Shown: positions 37,747 to 47,358 of the stretch, in pieces
Position numbering within the stretch: the stretch's first letter is position 1
Layout of the letters: each line of letters starts with the position of its first letter
Source: a virus
Lineage: Duplodnaviria; Caudoviricetes
Strand: one strand, 5' to 3'
IMG/VR virus record: IMGVR_UViG_3300020021_000017
Span: 1 to 54,925 of that record
DNA length: 54,925 bases
Translations under genes and position numbers: made by a program
Notes under the pieces: model-generated
Told to the model about the DNA's origin: nothing
The model's input: the letters and a program-made list of their open reading frames with translations, nothing else
The model's database searches: none

Positions 37747-38121
37747 TTATCGTAAACCCTTAATAAAAACAGAATGTAATAGGGGAGTAAAATCCTCACC
37801 CTCTAAAAATTTAATAACTGACCCATGTTCAGTGATTGCCAATATCTTAGTGTACTGGGCTTCTTTACAAAACTTCACAAGTTCCAAATAGATAGTGTCA
37901 ATTGCTGTTGATCGGTCTAAAGAGTTAGCGTCTTTGTTGGAGATCAATCCCTCTATAATTGCAAAAGACGAATCTGTTTGATGTACAAATACTGCTGCAA
38001 TATCATCGACCATGAACCCAACTTCTGGAAAGTCAAAAGGTTCTGGAGGCACCGTAGCCCTCGCCTCATACCAGCCCTCGATCTTATAAATATCATCAGG
38101 TTTAATTCGTCTAACATCCAT
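37747..38121 (-). CDS. GNAT-like tail assembly protein (P22 gp14 / T7 gp13 position)
   Basis: GNAT-like pattern between nozzle and ejection genes. Confidence 0.55.
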   Translation of the reverse strand: MDVRRIKPDDIYKIEGWYEARATVPPEPFDFPEVGFMVDDIAAVFVHQTDSSFAIIEGLISNKDANSLDRSTAIDTIYLELVKFCKEAQYTKILAITEHGSVIKFLEGEDFTPLLHSVFIKGLR

Positions 38122-38133
38122 TTACGTGAATCC

Positions 38134-41100
38134 TTAAGAAATTATTTGTCCCGGAGCAACTTTATTAAGACCAACTTTAACGCCCGCAATAATCGTCAAT
38201 CCCGATAAACTAAGACCTTCCCCAAAGGGAGCAGTTTGCACATCTTGAATAGTTATCTGAAATGACTGAGTCTTTTGCTGAACTAGATCTAATCTCCATT
38301 GTTCTGTCGGAGCAGGACCGCCAAAAGTTCCATTAGAACCGTAAACATTACCGTCACCAAATACATTACCACCACCGAATAACGCTGTAGCATTAGCGTA
38401 CACAACTTGAGTAGCACCAGGATTGAAGTTATTAGCAATACTAACTTGTAATGTATGGGGAGATTTAAAAGTCCCAAGTATGTAGACCTTGTAGCATCTC
38501 TGGTAACCCTGTAATCCAGCTAGTTGAAGCCATGATGTTCTCACTCGTAAAGGTACGAATGCCCCATTATCTGTGAAATTACCAATAGATTCCTGAAACA
38601 CTACTCCATCCGTACCGAAGTATGTAAACAGATCTTGAAAGATAATTGCATCGGAAGCAAACTGATTAGTGAACGTACCCCATTGCTGGTAGTAATAGTC
38701 GTACATTAAAGAGATACCCGAGGTAGTAACAAATCTGACTTGATTCGTGTTCGGAACTAATATAGATGCCGTAATAGTTAGGTTATTAAAAGCCTCGACT
38801 TCAGCGCCTACATACCTAGAATTCAATCCTCGATCTAACAGGTATATGCCCTTAGGGCTTTGAAACATCAAACCAGAAGGCATTGTAACGATTGAATTCT
38901 GATTAGTACACCCACAATCAGTAGTTACTAAGAAAGGAGTAGAGAAATCATTCTGTAATCCTTCAGAATTTGGTCCTAGTCCCGCAAAATAGAAGAGAGA
39001 ATTGGTCTTAAAGATAATTAACTTATCATCCATTGTGAAGATAGAGGTTATGAAGCCGCCCCTTGGATCAATAAATTCTGTAAGAGAATCATTGAAACTT
39101 ACAGGAATACCTTCATCTGTAACTTGAGAGTACCAAAGTAGATTTGGATCTTCTGCAACAACCAAGATAACACGATTGTTGTAAGTTGTCAAGATATTTG
39201 TTGCGGGTGCACAGATATTTTCTAGGACGCCCCCAGTTGTGTACAATAACTCATTGCCAATTAGTGCCGCATCAGGAGTTGTGTCTAAGAATTGTACGCT
39301 GTCAACTGTTGTATCATTATATGTAGGTGCAGTTATTGAACTAACCCGGAAGAATGTTGTGCCATTAGCGACGGTGCGATATAGTACAATGCTTACGGGT
39401 GTTCTAGGAGAAATTTTACGAGTAATTCTAAGGGTATCGACATTAATAACACTGCTATCAGTATCATGAGTAGTGATGGTTTGGGCCGTACCACTTGCAA
39501 TGGCCGGTAGGCTCATTGTAATGGTTGAACCGGCAATATCTAGTGACACAATAGTCGTGTTAGTTTGCAAATCAGTAACGTTTGTAATAACTTGACCAAC
39601 AAACAACCCCGTAAAAGATGATACGGAGCGTAAAATAGTCGGTGTTGATGTAGCAGAGGTCGTAGCAGTGAATGTAACTGCACCTCCCATGGGAAACATA
39701 ACAGTTAATGGGATCGAAGGTGCACTTTGATGATTATTACCCTGATTATCAGTCCATTCATAAGTAGCAGAGTACTGCCACGAAGGCTGTGAAGTCAAAA
39801 CACCCCAACCTATTCCACCTGCGGGAGGGAAAGGAGGGATTATAAGTGTTACAGTCTCAGGGAACACGAAGAATCCATGCTCAACTACTGAAATCCCATC
39901 ATACATCGAGAGTATTCCACCAGATATATGAAGATCGTTGCCTAATGTGACTGATCCGAAGTTATTAAGATCTGCAAAGTTGATAAACGCGCCATTAAGG
40001 CCCGTTTGTGTATATATATTGCCGCTTTCAGCCTCAAGAAGATCCTTAATCAGATAAGCAACTTCAAATGAAGTGCTATTGATCATGTTAATTTGCGGTA
40101 ATATTACTTTAAGTGTAAGTCCACCGGCATTTTGATAAGCAATCTTTGTAATAACTATTCCAGAAGAATTTACAATATAGTAAAGAGGCTGTAATTGTGA
40201 TTGGTAAGTAACACCAAGATATACAATGCCCAGATACTGAAAACACTTCGCCCATAGTCCCACAGACCGAAGAAATACTGTCGGAGTACCGACGGTTCCT
40301 ATTAGAGTACCTGTATTAGTTCTAACTAATGTATTGTAGGCAATTACGTTAGAAATTTCATAATAGAATGTTGCAGTAACTCCAAGTACAGATGCAGTAA
40401 TGTTGCGAGTATTTGCAACAGTTTCGACTGTAGTCCACCCTAATACTGTTGCGGTCAAACCTATATTTTGTATGCTATAAAGCACTTCTGTACCAGTAGT
40501 TATTCCATCAACTACTGCACACCATACGAAGTTGTTAGTTACATCACCGAATATAGTCAAACCGGTATTTGCATTAGCCCCTATAACAGTAGATGTGGCT
40601 GACTGGACTAGAAAAGGATTAATGAAACAGAAAGATACGTTTGTGGTATTATTATTCCACGCAAAATAGACACTATTATTTATAACAGTAGCATCGTAAT
40701 TTCGTTCGGATGGAGTTGTATTCACTGTAGTAGCAATATCTATTGGTGCAGAAGGAACAGAAGGTGTTGTAATAGGAATAGAAATTTGTCTTAAATGAGA
40801 AGTGCTGGAATCAATATATGATATTAGGAAGTAATTACCAAGTACATTTACTTTAGGTTGTACAGCGACCGTACCTAGAGAAATCGAGGATACTACTGTC
40901 TGATCTGTATTTGAATCAATAATTGAATAACGGGAAGTACCGTCTGAACTTTCCCATACATAACAATAGTAACCAGAAGTATGAAATGCACTATCTTGAG
41001 TAGTCTGTTGTACGGTATCCCGCACAATTGATTCTACGCTTAATGATACAGATTGTGCAGTTCCTTTAGGTGTCCAGTTCAATCCAGTTTGATTGTAAGA

Positions 41101-41565
41101 GTAAATAGTTAATCCGTCAAATAGGATGGCTTCATTTTGGTAGGAAGCTCCACCAAGTGCTAATCCAATGCTAGGATTTAATGCAGAGATCGTTTGTGCA
41201 GTTCCAGAAGCAATCGCAGGAAAACTAATAGTTATGGTATTGGCATTAACATTTATAGATTCGATCTTAGTTCCTGGAGTCAGGTCAGTAGCATTAGATA
41301 AAAATTGCCCCGTATATAGAAGTATGTTAGAAGATACTGCGGTTAGGACATTGGAACCAGAAAGAGTAGTGGCAGTAAAGGTTATAGGAGCAGCAATAGA
41401 AGTAGAAAATGCACTATACCCAAATCTCTTGTGAATGCTCATACCTTCGGTAAATACCGCATTCTCAAGCAATTCAACTTTAGGAGGTTGGACCTGATAC
41501 TGATCGGTCTTTGTATCTAATCCACTCTTAAAGGGAAGAGTAATATTTTGTTTTTGTAACGCCAT
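38134..41565 (-). CDS. Tail nozzle / tail tubular protein B (P22 gp10-like)
   Basis: 1143 aa; GLDTK, LENAVF, KRFGY, beta-propeller-like YNNRVI..LWYS, LIIFK, GC.NQ.SI, FQSPKGIY. Confidence 0.75.
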   Translation of the reverse strand: MALQKQNITLPFKSGLDTKTDQYQVQPPKVELLENAVFTEGMSIHKRFGYSAFSTSIAAPITFTATTLSGSNVLTAVSSNILLYTGQFLSNATDLTPGTKIESINVNANTITISFPAIASGTAQTISALNPSIGLALGGASYQNEAILFDGLTIYSYNQTGLNWTPKGTAQSVSLSVESIVRDTVQQTTQDSAFHTSGYYCYVWESSDGTSRYSIIDSNTDQTVVSSISLGTVAVQPKVNVLGNYFLISYIDSSTSHLRQISIPITTPSVPSAPIDIATTVNTTPSERNYDATVINNSVYFAWNNNTTNVSFCFINPFLVQSATSTVIGANANTGLTIFGDVTNNFVWCAVVDGITTGTEVLYSIQNIGLTATVLGWTTVETVANTRNITASVLGVTATFYYEISNVIAYNTLVRTNTGTLIGTVGTPTVFLRSVGLWAKCFQYLGIVYLGVTYQSQLQPLYYIVNSSGIVITKIAYQNAGGLTLKVILPQINMINSTSFEVAYLIKDLLEAESGNIYTQTGLNGAFINFADLNNFGSVTLGNDLHISGGILSMYDGISVVEHGFFVFPETVTLIIPPFPPAGGIGWGVLTSQPSWQYSATYEWTDNQGNNHQSAPSIPLTVMFPMGGAVTFTATTSATSTPTILRSVSSFTGLFVGQVITNVTDLQTNTTIVSLDIAGSTITMSLPAIASGTAQTITTHDTDSSVINVDTLRITRKISPRTPVSIVLYRTVANGTTFFRVSSITAPTYNDTTVDSVQFLDTTPDAALIGNELLYTTGGVLENICAPATNILTTYNNRVILVVAEDPNLLWYSQVTDEGIPVSFNDSLTEFIDPRGGFITSIFTMDDKLIIFKTNSLFYFAGLGPNSEGLQNDFSTPFLVTTDCGCTNQNSIVTMPSGLMFQSPKGIYLLDRGLNSRYVGAEVEAFNNLTITASILVPNTNQVRFVTTSGISLMYDYYYQQWGTFTNQFASDAIIFQDLFTYFGTDGVVFQESIGNFTDNGAFVPLRVRTSWLQLAGLQGYQRCYKVYILGTFKSPHTLQVSIANNFNPGATQVVYANATALFGGGNVFGDGNVYGSNGTFGGPAPTEQWRLDLVQQKTQSFQITIQDVQTAPFGEGLSLSGLTIIAGVKVGLNKVAPGQIIS

Positions 41566-41567
41566 TA

Positions 41568-42779
41568 TTAAAGCCTGTAAGCTGCCATTGCAGCTATTGA
41601 TATTGTTGCTTCAGGTACATAAGAAGAAATGAACGGACTAACTCTGAAAAATAATTGGTATAGATTGGTACCAGTTCCTGGACTAAAATCTATAAATTTT
41701 AAAGAACTTAAAGGAAGTGTTTGTACTCCACCAGAAGTCGAGGGTTCATTTTGTTTCCAATCACTTTGTGTTTGCGCTTGAAATGGAGTACCATTTTTGT
41801 ATAGAGTATAGAAGGCAGTAGGAGTACTTCCGACATGGAAACTTATAGAACCTATTGTTATAGCACATACAGAAGAAGTTTGACCGTCACATATAATCAT
41901 TACAGGTCGTCCTACGGGACTAGTTATACTTACTTCTAATCCTGAATAAGTATCTCCAGGACTAGAGGTAGTATCTCCTAAACTAATTCCTAAAGCAGTA
42001 GCACCCGGGATCAGCTTATCCTGAGTTACAGAACCGTCAGCTAAGTTAGATCCCAATATAGAAGTAAGAGCAATCTTAGTATTATCTATAGTTATATCTG
42101 CAAAGTTACCCGCTGTTATAGTTATATCGGCTATCATTGCAGTTACTAATTGCGGCACAAAAGATATTGTTCCGGTTGAATCTAAAGTTAAAATCTGTGC
42201 CGGTCCAGAAGGAGGTAATGATACGGGTAATGTAAGAACAATTGCACTTGTTGCTAATAGCGATGAAGGAGATAGTGTTATTGTAAAATTACTAATATTA
42301 GTAAGTATCTGATCGGCACCCTCCATTGCTGAAAATACTCCCGTAGAGGTAGTATATGAAAATTGATTCAGTGCTGTACTGTAACTAGCTATTGCTCCAG
42401 ATGAAGAATAGTCGCCAAAGAAACTGCCTACTGCCGTGGGTGCTACTGCACCATTAAATGTAATTAATACTTGCTGACCAATGTAATTGTTATAGTAAAG
42501 GTCAGAAACGCTATATACTTTACCTACATCAGCAGTAGTTATTAATGGAGATAATTGTTGATTAAATTGCAGTGAGGCAATGTTAGCTAAACTAAAACCA
42601 GTAAAGGAAAAATCAGATACAATTGCAATAGCTGCCGTAGGTATTTTTACTCCTGATCCAGTAGTGTGGTTATGGCCATCAATAATATTAAACCCGTCCA
42701 GGAAGTCTTGTGACCATGTGGGGTCATCGGTTGCCTGTATAATTGGCAGGGGCAGTAACATGTTTGGTGTTGTTGCCAT
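41568..42779 (-). CDS. Tail fibre/needle protein, paralogue B
   Basis: Shares MxLP...DP.WSQDFLD..N.ID.HNHTTG.G with 42782..43981. Confidence 0.7.
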   Translation of the reverse strand: MATTPNMLLPLPIIQATDDPTWSQDFLDGFNIIDGHNHTTGSGVKIPTAAIAIVSDFSFTGFSLANIASLQFNQQLSPLITTADVGKVYSVSDLYYNNYIGQQVLITFNGAVAPTAVGSFFGDYSSSGAIASYSTALNQFSYTTSTGVFSAMEGADQILTNISNFTITLSPSSLLATSAIVLTLPVSLPPSGPAQILTLDSTGTISFVPQLVTAMIADITITAGNFADITIDNTKIALTSILGSNLADGSVTQDKLIPGATALGISLGDTTSSPGDTYSGLEVSITSPVGRPVMIICDGQTSSVCAITIGSISFHVGSTPTAFYTLYKNGTPFQAQTQSDWKQNEPSTSGGVQTLPLSSLKFIDFSPGTGTNLYQLFFRVSPFISSYVPEATISIAAMAAYRL

Positions 42780-42781
42780 TA

Positions 42782-43981
42782 TTACATGATCTCGTAAGCT
42801 ACTAAAACTGCGTTATTGATAAATACTGAGGCAGAATTTCCTGTATTGACGACATTGTATGATAGAGTATAGTTATACACACCTGCTCCTACAAAGTCTA
42901 CTTGTGCGATAGAACTAAGAGGAATATTCATTGATATGGCAGAAAAATTATCAAATGTCGTTGAGATACTATAAGAGTTTATTGGAGTACCGTTTCTAAG
43001 TAATGTAAAAGTGGCTTGTGCTATTGCAGGACTAGTGGCATTTGGGCAACTGACTCCAATAGAATTGAATCCTGTGAAATTGCCCGGACCAGACATTAAT
43101 AGAATTTGTACAGGCCTGCCGCTTGTAGTAAACACTGGACAAGAAAGTCCGGTGGGTATTGAAGATACACTGGTAGTTGAGGCAGTTATTGCAGTACTCA
43201 CAGACACATTAAGCGGAGCAAGATTTAGATCTGTTACTGTATTATTTGCAATCTGTGCGCTAGTAATGGTATTATTTGCAATCTGTGCGCCAGTAATGGT
43301 ATTATTTGCAATCTGTGCGGCGGTTATAGCTAGATTTGCAATTTCTATTCCAGTGATTTGAGCTGCGACTAATAACCCAGCATTACTTATAGTGAGAGGC
43401 AATGGTGTAGTTGGCGAAGGTAGTGTTATAGGTAATGTTAAGGTGTAGTCTACAGTCAGTGTAGAATCAACCTGTAATTGAATTGTATTACCTAAAGCAT
43501 TAGTAAGAAGAAGCGAACTACCTTGAATAGAAGAAAATTGGTTGATGGAATTTGTATATGAAAAAAGATTTGCAGTACTGTTGAAATATGCAATGGCATG
43601 GGCAGTTGTATAGTCCCCTTTAAATCCACCGCTACCTGTAACGTTGACGGAAGGGCCACTAGTTATCTGTACCGCTGTTCCAGCGCCATTGGTGTACCAC
43701 AGGTCCCCAAGATGTGTGTATATGGAGCTAGGGGTTGCTAATGTCGATCCCTGTTGCACAAATGCAGCGCTAGTAAGATTAACTGCACTAAAGTTATTAA
43801 AATTCAAGTCTGCGTTAATATTGATTCCAGCAGTAGGAACTTGTTGCCCTTGACCAGTAGTGTGATTGTGGAGATCGATAAGATTCAAATCATCTAGAAA
43901 GTCTTGTGACCAAAGGGGATCTGGCGTTACATTTATTACAGGTAACTCAAGGCTCATGTATTGAGACAAAATTGTAGTCAT
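42782..43981 (-). CDS. Tail fibre/needle protein, paralogue A
   Basis: HNHTTG motif; 10-aa ITxAQIANNT repeats. Confidence 0.7.
   Translation of the reverse strand: MTTILSQYMSLELPVINVTPDPLWSQDFLDDLNLIDLHNHTTGQGQQVPTAGININADLNFNNFSAVNLTSAAFVQQGSTLATPSSIYTHLGDLWYTNGAGTAVQITSGPSVNVTGSGGFKGDYTTAHAIAYFNSTANLFSYTNSINQFSSIQGSSLLLTNALGNTIQLQVDSTLTVDYTLTLPITLPSPTTPLPLTISNAGLLVAAQITGIEIANLAITAAQIANNTITGAQIANNTITSAQIANNTVTDLNLAPLNVSVSTAITASTTSVSSIPTGLSCPVFTTSGRPVQILLMSGPGNFTGFNSIGVSCPNATSPAIAQATFTLLRNGTPINSYSISTTFDNFSAISMNIPLSSIAQVDFVGAGVYNYTLSYNVVNTGNSASVFINNAVLVAYEIM
43225..43335 (-). repeat. 30-bp coding tandem repeats (ITxAQIANNT)
   Basis: TATTATTTGCAATCTGTGCG recurs every 30 bp. Confidence 0.85.
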
Positions 43982-44295
43982 TAAAAAACCTCTAGATCAA
44001 CTGTAACAAGTACTGAGCTATTCAATAAAAGAGTCTTATCGGGAGTAAGGTTGGTATCTTGTGTGTCAAATACTTGAGAGAAAACAACCCTCATCCTCAA
44101 TATTGACCAACCTTGCAATTTTCTACCAAGCCCGTGATTTATTACATTAGGGCCAACTTTAAGAACTATTCCAGGTAATATCTGAGCATTGATCAAAGGA
44201 TTCTGTGTAATGGGATTAAGAGTGTTGGCAATGTTATCCTGGATGCGTTGGAGAGTAGAATCTCCAGTTTGTAATTTTGAGAATTGAGAAATCAT
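43981..44295 (-). CDS. Small virion protein
   Basis: NVINHGLGRKLQGW motif. Confidence 0.65.
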   Translation of the reverse strand: MISQFSKLQTGDSTLQRIQDNIANTLNPITQNPLINAQILPGIVLKVGPNVINHGLGRKLQGWSILRMRVVFSQVFDTQDTNLTPDKTLLLNSSVLVTVDLEVF

Positions 44296-44333
44296 TTTAG
44301 CAATTTCCTATTGCGCAATCGAGTGCAATGAGA

Positions 44334-45068
44334 TTACATACCGCCATTAGGACCGTCACTGCCATAAGATCCATACGCTCTATTCATTCTCTGTACGTCA
44401 GAAATAGTATCAGGCATTCCTTCATCGCGATTAGTAGATGCACCGTTAATACGAACTACTAAAGCTGCCTTCTGTGCCATTAACACAGACACATCTGATT
44501 CTTCTTTTTGCATTGCTCTGATGGCCGCGTCAACAATGATGTAATCTGTCCATTGACCGGGTGTGACTGGAACATCTGTGCTAAGTACAAGGGGCGCAAG
44601 TACCGGTATATACCAAAGTCTGAAAGATTGTGAACCTGACGGTAGGGGGATGAATCGTATCATGTTACCGATTATTCGATATCTTAGATTTAAAACACCT
44701 AAGTACGTTGTAGGCGTATTACCGTAAACATATTTGTTGCGGTCTGCAAAGTTATATTTGCCTAGCGTAATCCAGGCATCAGTTGGACCAGAAATATGTG
44801 CTGCTAAAGAAATGTCTACGCCCATAAGTTTGTAGAAGTTTGCTGGCAGGGGGTAGTGGCTGGTGAGGCCTGTGAAGGTGAAAATGGGTGGCGGTAGAAC
44901 GGTAAAGTAATCTTCATATACGGTTACAAGAAGATCATAAAGTTCTAGGTAGGCTGCATTGATGTAGTTAGTCCATTCGGGATCAGTGACGAAGTTAGAA
45001 TTAACTAGGTCTGAGCGCTGCTTGGCTTGAAGGATTATAGTATCTAATGTGAGTGAATTTGGGTCCAT
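44334..45068 (-). CDS. Head-tail adaptor / tail tubular protein A-like
   Basis: D.E...YIN.A..EL, YPLPANF, P.PSGS...L.Y. Confidence 0.75.
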   Translation of the reverse strand: MDPNSLTLDTIILQAKQRSDLVNSNFVTDPEWTNYINAAYLELYDLLVTVYEDYFTVLPPPIFTFTGLTSHYPLPANFYKLMGVDISLAAHISGPTDAWITLGKYNFADRNKYVYGNTPTTYLGVLNLRYRIIGNMIRFIPLPSGSQSFRLWYIPVLAPLVLSTDVPVTPGQWTDYIIVDAAIRAMQKEESDVSVLMAQKAALVVRINGASTNRDEGMPDTISDVQRMNRAYGSYGSDGPNGGM

Positions 45069-45162
45069 ACGCTCGTCCTCAATAGAAAAGTGTTGGGGAG
45101 GAAGGATATTTAGTCCCCCTCCCCCACGACGACATTATTAATGATGCCGGCGAATATTTCTA

Positions 45163-45738
45163 TTACTCGTTACCTGCTTTGGCAGTAGAGTTCTTAACGA
45201 ACATGTCGAATCCAAGGACAGATCCGGCAGTAGGATCAGTTGCCGCACCAGCTGAATTCAGGCATTGCATGATCAGAGAAGGTAGACCAGGCTGCGTGAT
45301 CGTGAGGTTCGTGTTACCAATCACTTCAACGTGACTGATACCAGAATTGGTTACTAGAAAGGCAGAGCCGGTTCCAGCGCCAACAGTCGTTGCAACAAAC
45401 GGAATACCGGGGGCTGCTACGAGACCGATGTTCAGTCCCGCTGCATTAAAATTAGTAGTACCTAACGCATTGATAACATAACTATCACCAACAACGAAAG
45501 ATCCTGCTGCAACAGAAGTCGTTGCCGGAGAAACAAACCCAGCTGCTCCCGCGAGATATCGCGGATAAACTTGACTGAGAACTACTTGGTAAGTTCCAGG
45601 AGAAAGACGAGTAATCGAAGTGATACCCGCACCTTTGATTGTTCCGACCGCACCAGTACCGAGCACTACGAAGTTACCTTCGATATATGTGAGCATTGGT
45701 TGAGCACTATACAGGAATTGATATTTAAGTCTAGCCAT
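45163..45738 (-). CDS. Putative capsid decoration / minor virion protein
   Basis: Follows MCP; SITRLSPGTYQV and AGSFVVG.SY.I..LGTTNF modules. Confidence 0.6.
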   Translation of the reverse strand: MARLKYQFLYSAQPMLTYIEGNFVVLGTGAVGTIKGAGITSITRLSPGTYQVVLSQVYPRYLAGAAGFVSPATTSVAAGSFVVGDSYVINALGTTNFNAAGLNIGLVAAPGIPFVATTVGAGTGSAFLVTNSGISHVEVIGNTNLTITQPGLPSLIMQCLNSAGAATDPTAGSVLGFDMFVKNSTAKAGNE

Positions 45739-45954
45739 GTTATTATTTTCTTCCAGTTCCGAAGCAACTGAAATCCTTCTATTAGTATCGCCCGAAGGAT
45801 TTAGGGGAGGGTGTCAAACAGCTACTGCCGTTAGGCAGGAACGGAATAGACGGTTTAATTATACCGTTTATGGTATAAAACTTGTTTATCCCTGTAAGGG
45901 TATAACTTAATACTCACTACCGAGAATTAGGTTAAATACTTACAGTAAAAGTAA

Positions 45955-45990
45955 ATTGGGAACCAAATCACATCGTGATCTGGCCCCCAG
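45955..45990 (-). terminator. Long hairpin after MCP (terminator or mRNA stabiliser)
   Basis: TGGGGGCCAGATCAC-GAT-GTGATTTGGTTCCCA followed by ATTT. Confidence 0.6.
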
Positions 45991-45996
45991 AATTAA

Positions 45997-47292
45997 CTAG
46001 GCTGACAACCGGATTACGCAGTTCCAACCAGGCGCACTAGTGATCAAATTGGCATAATAACCAATTCGGATCTCTAATGCATCCGCAGTACCAACGCGAA
46101 GACCTTCAAGGCCTTCCATGCCGTACGTGAGGATATGAGGCGCTTTTCCAAGCGACCGCAGCTTCCACACGTCTAGCTCCAGGAGGTAGCACATCTGCTG
46201 TGGGCAGTTACGGTCAGGAATGACCGTGATCGGGCCGTACGGAGCATGAACAGTGATACCCTTAAACGCGATATCTCCCATGCCACCTTCACCGTCATCG
46301 CCGCGCACATCAACATATTGCACCTTACTTCCCAATTCTTTTTCAAGAGCTGAGTAGGATGCGAAGTTCATGAAGCACATTTCAGGCGCTCCGCCTTCTC
46401 GTGCAACAAGTGAACTTCCGTCAATGAGGGCTTCTTCGATTGATTCGCCTGATCCGTCAAAACGGACGCCTGCGAGTCTGGTCACATCAACTGATCTGTC
46501 CACTCCCCAGAAACTGTCGCCAGTAACAGGAGCAATGAACGGCAACCACGCGGCTAAACCAGCAACCTTCAAGAACGAAGTCGTTCCAGAAGCGCCAGCT
46601 GCACCGATGTCACCCTGCGCCACTAGGAAGCTCAAGGCCGCCCATTGTGCAGAAGGAGTTGCACTTGAGGATAACAGAATCAACTGACCCGTAGATCGAT
46701 TAACATTGGTGACTTGAGCAGTCGTAGCAGAAGGAACGCCGCCATCAGTAGCAGTTGCAACTAACGTCATTCCAACTTCGAACTGTACGATGTCATTCGT
46801 GTCAAGCAGAACGATCGTGATGACCGTACCGACCAACGCGTATGTACCAATTTGTCCGCGTGTACCCGTTCCACTGCGGAACAAGTCACCGGCTAAGTCA
46901 TTCGAGATCGAACGAAATGAGGCATCAACCTGGAGCTTGCCTTCGTCCAAAAACGCACCCGCATTCTGTCCCGTTGCGGCTTCGAGAAGCTCGTTCGAGA
47001 TAGATGCGATCACGTAGTTGCTTACTCGGAATACAAAGAAACTTTGCATCTGAGTAGGCGTTTGATTAAGCTGAGCATTCGCAAACGTAGCGGATCTTCC
47101 TTGCGGAGTTCCGTAGATCAACGGCACGGGAATATACTTTCCCGCGAACCCTTGAGGACTTTCGTCCTTAGGGATAATGGCCAACATCGGATTCTTTTTA
47201 TAAACTAGATCTTTCATGTACTCGGTAGGATTGTCGTACAATTCCTTGAGTGCAGCGATCTGGTTCGTTGCATTATTAAAAACTGGAGGCAT
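45997..47292 (-). CDS. Major capsid protein (HK97 fold inferred)
   Basis: 431 aa after the scaffold; ALKELY, F..G.G, PD..CP...Y.L...W; GC-richer codons; downstream hairpin. Confidence 0.88.
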   Translation of the reverse strand: MPPVFNNATNQIAALKELYDNPTEYMKDLVYKKNPMLAIIPKDESPQGFAGKYIPVPLIYGTPQGRSATFANAQLNQTPTQMQSFFVFRVSNYVIASISNELLEAATGQNAGAFLDEGKLQVDASFRSISNDLAGDLFRSGTGTRGQIGTYALVGTVITIVLLDTNDIVQFEVGMTLVATATDGGVPSATTAQVTNVNRSTGQLILLSSSATPSAQWAALSFLVAQGDIGAAGASGTTSFLKVAGLAAWLPFIAPVTGDSFWGVDRSVDVTRLAGVRFDGSGESIEEALIDGSSLVAREGGAPEMCFMNFASYSALEKELGSKVQYVDVRGDDGEGGMGDIAFKGITVHAPYGPITVIPDRNCPQQMCYLLELDVWKLRSLGKAPHILTYGMEGLEGLRVGTADALEIRIGYYANLITSAPGWNCVIRLSA

Positions 47293-47358
47293 AGTACACC
47301 TTAATTATCAATTAGTTACCATATTGCAACTGCATGTTGCACACACGTGCAAAATGAG

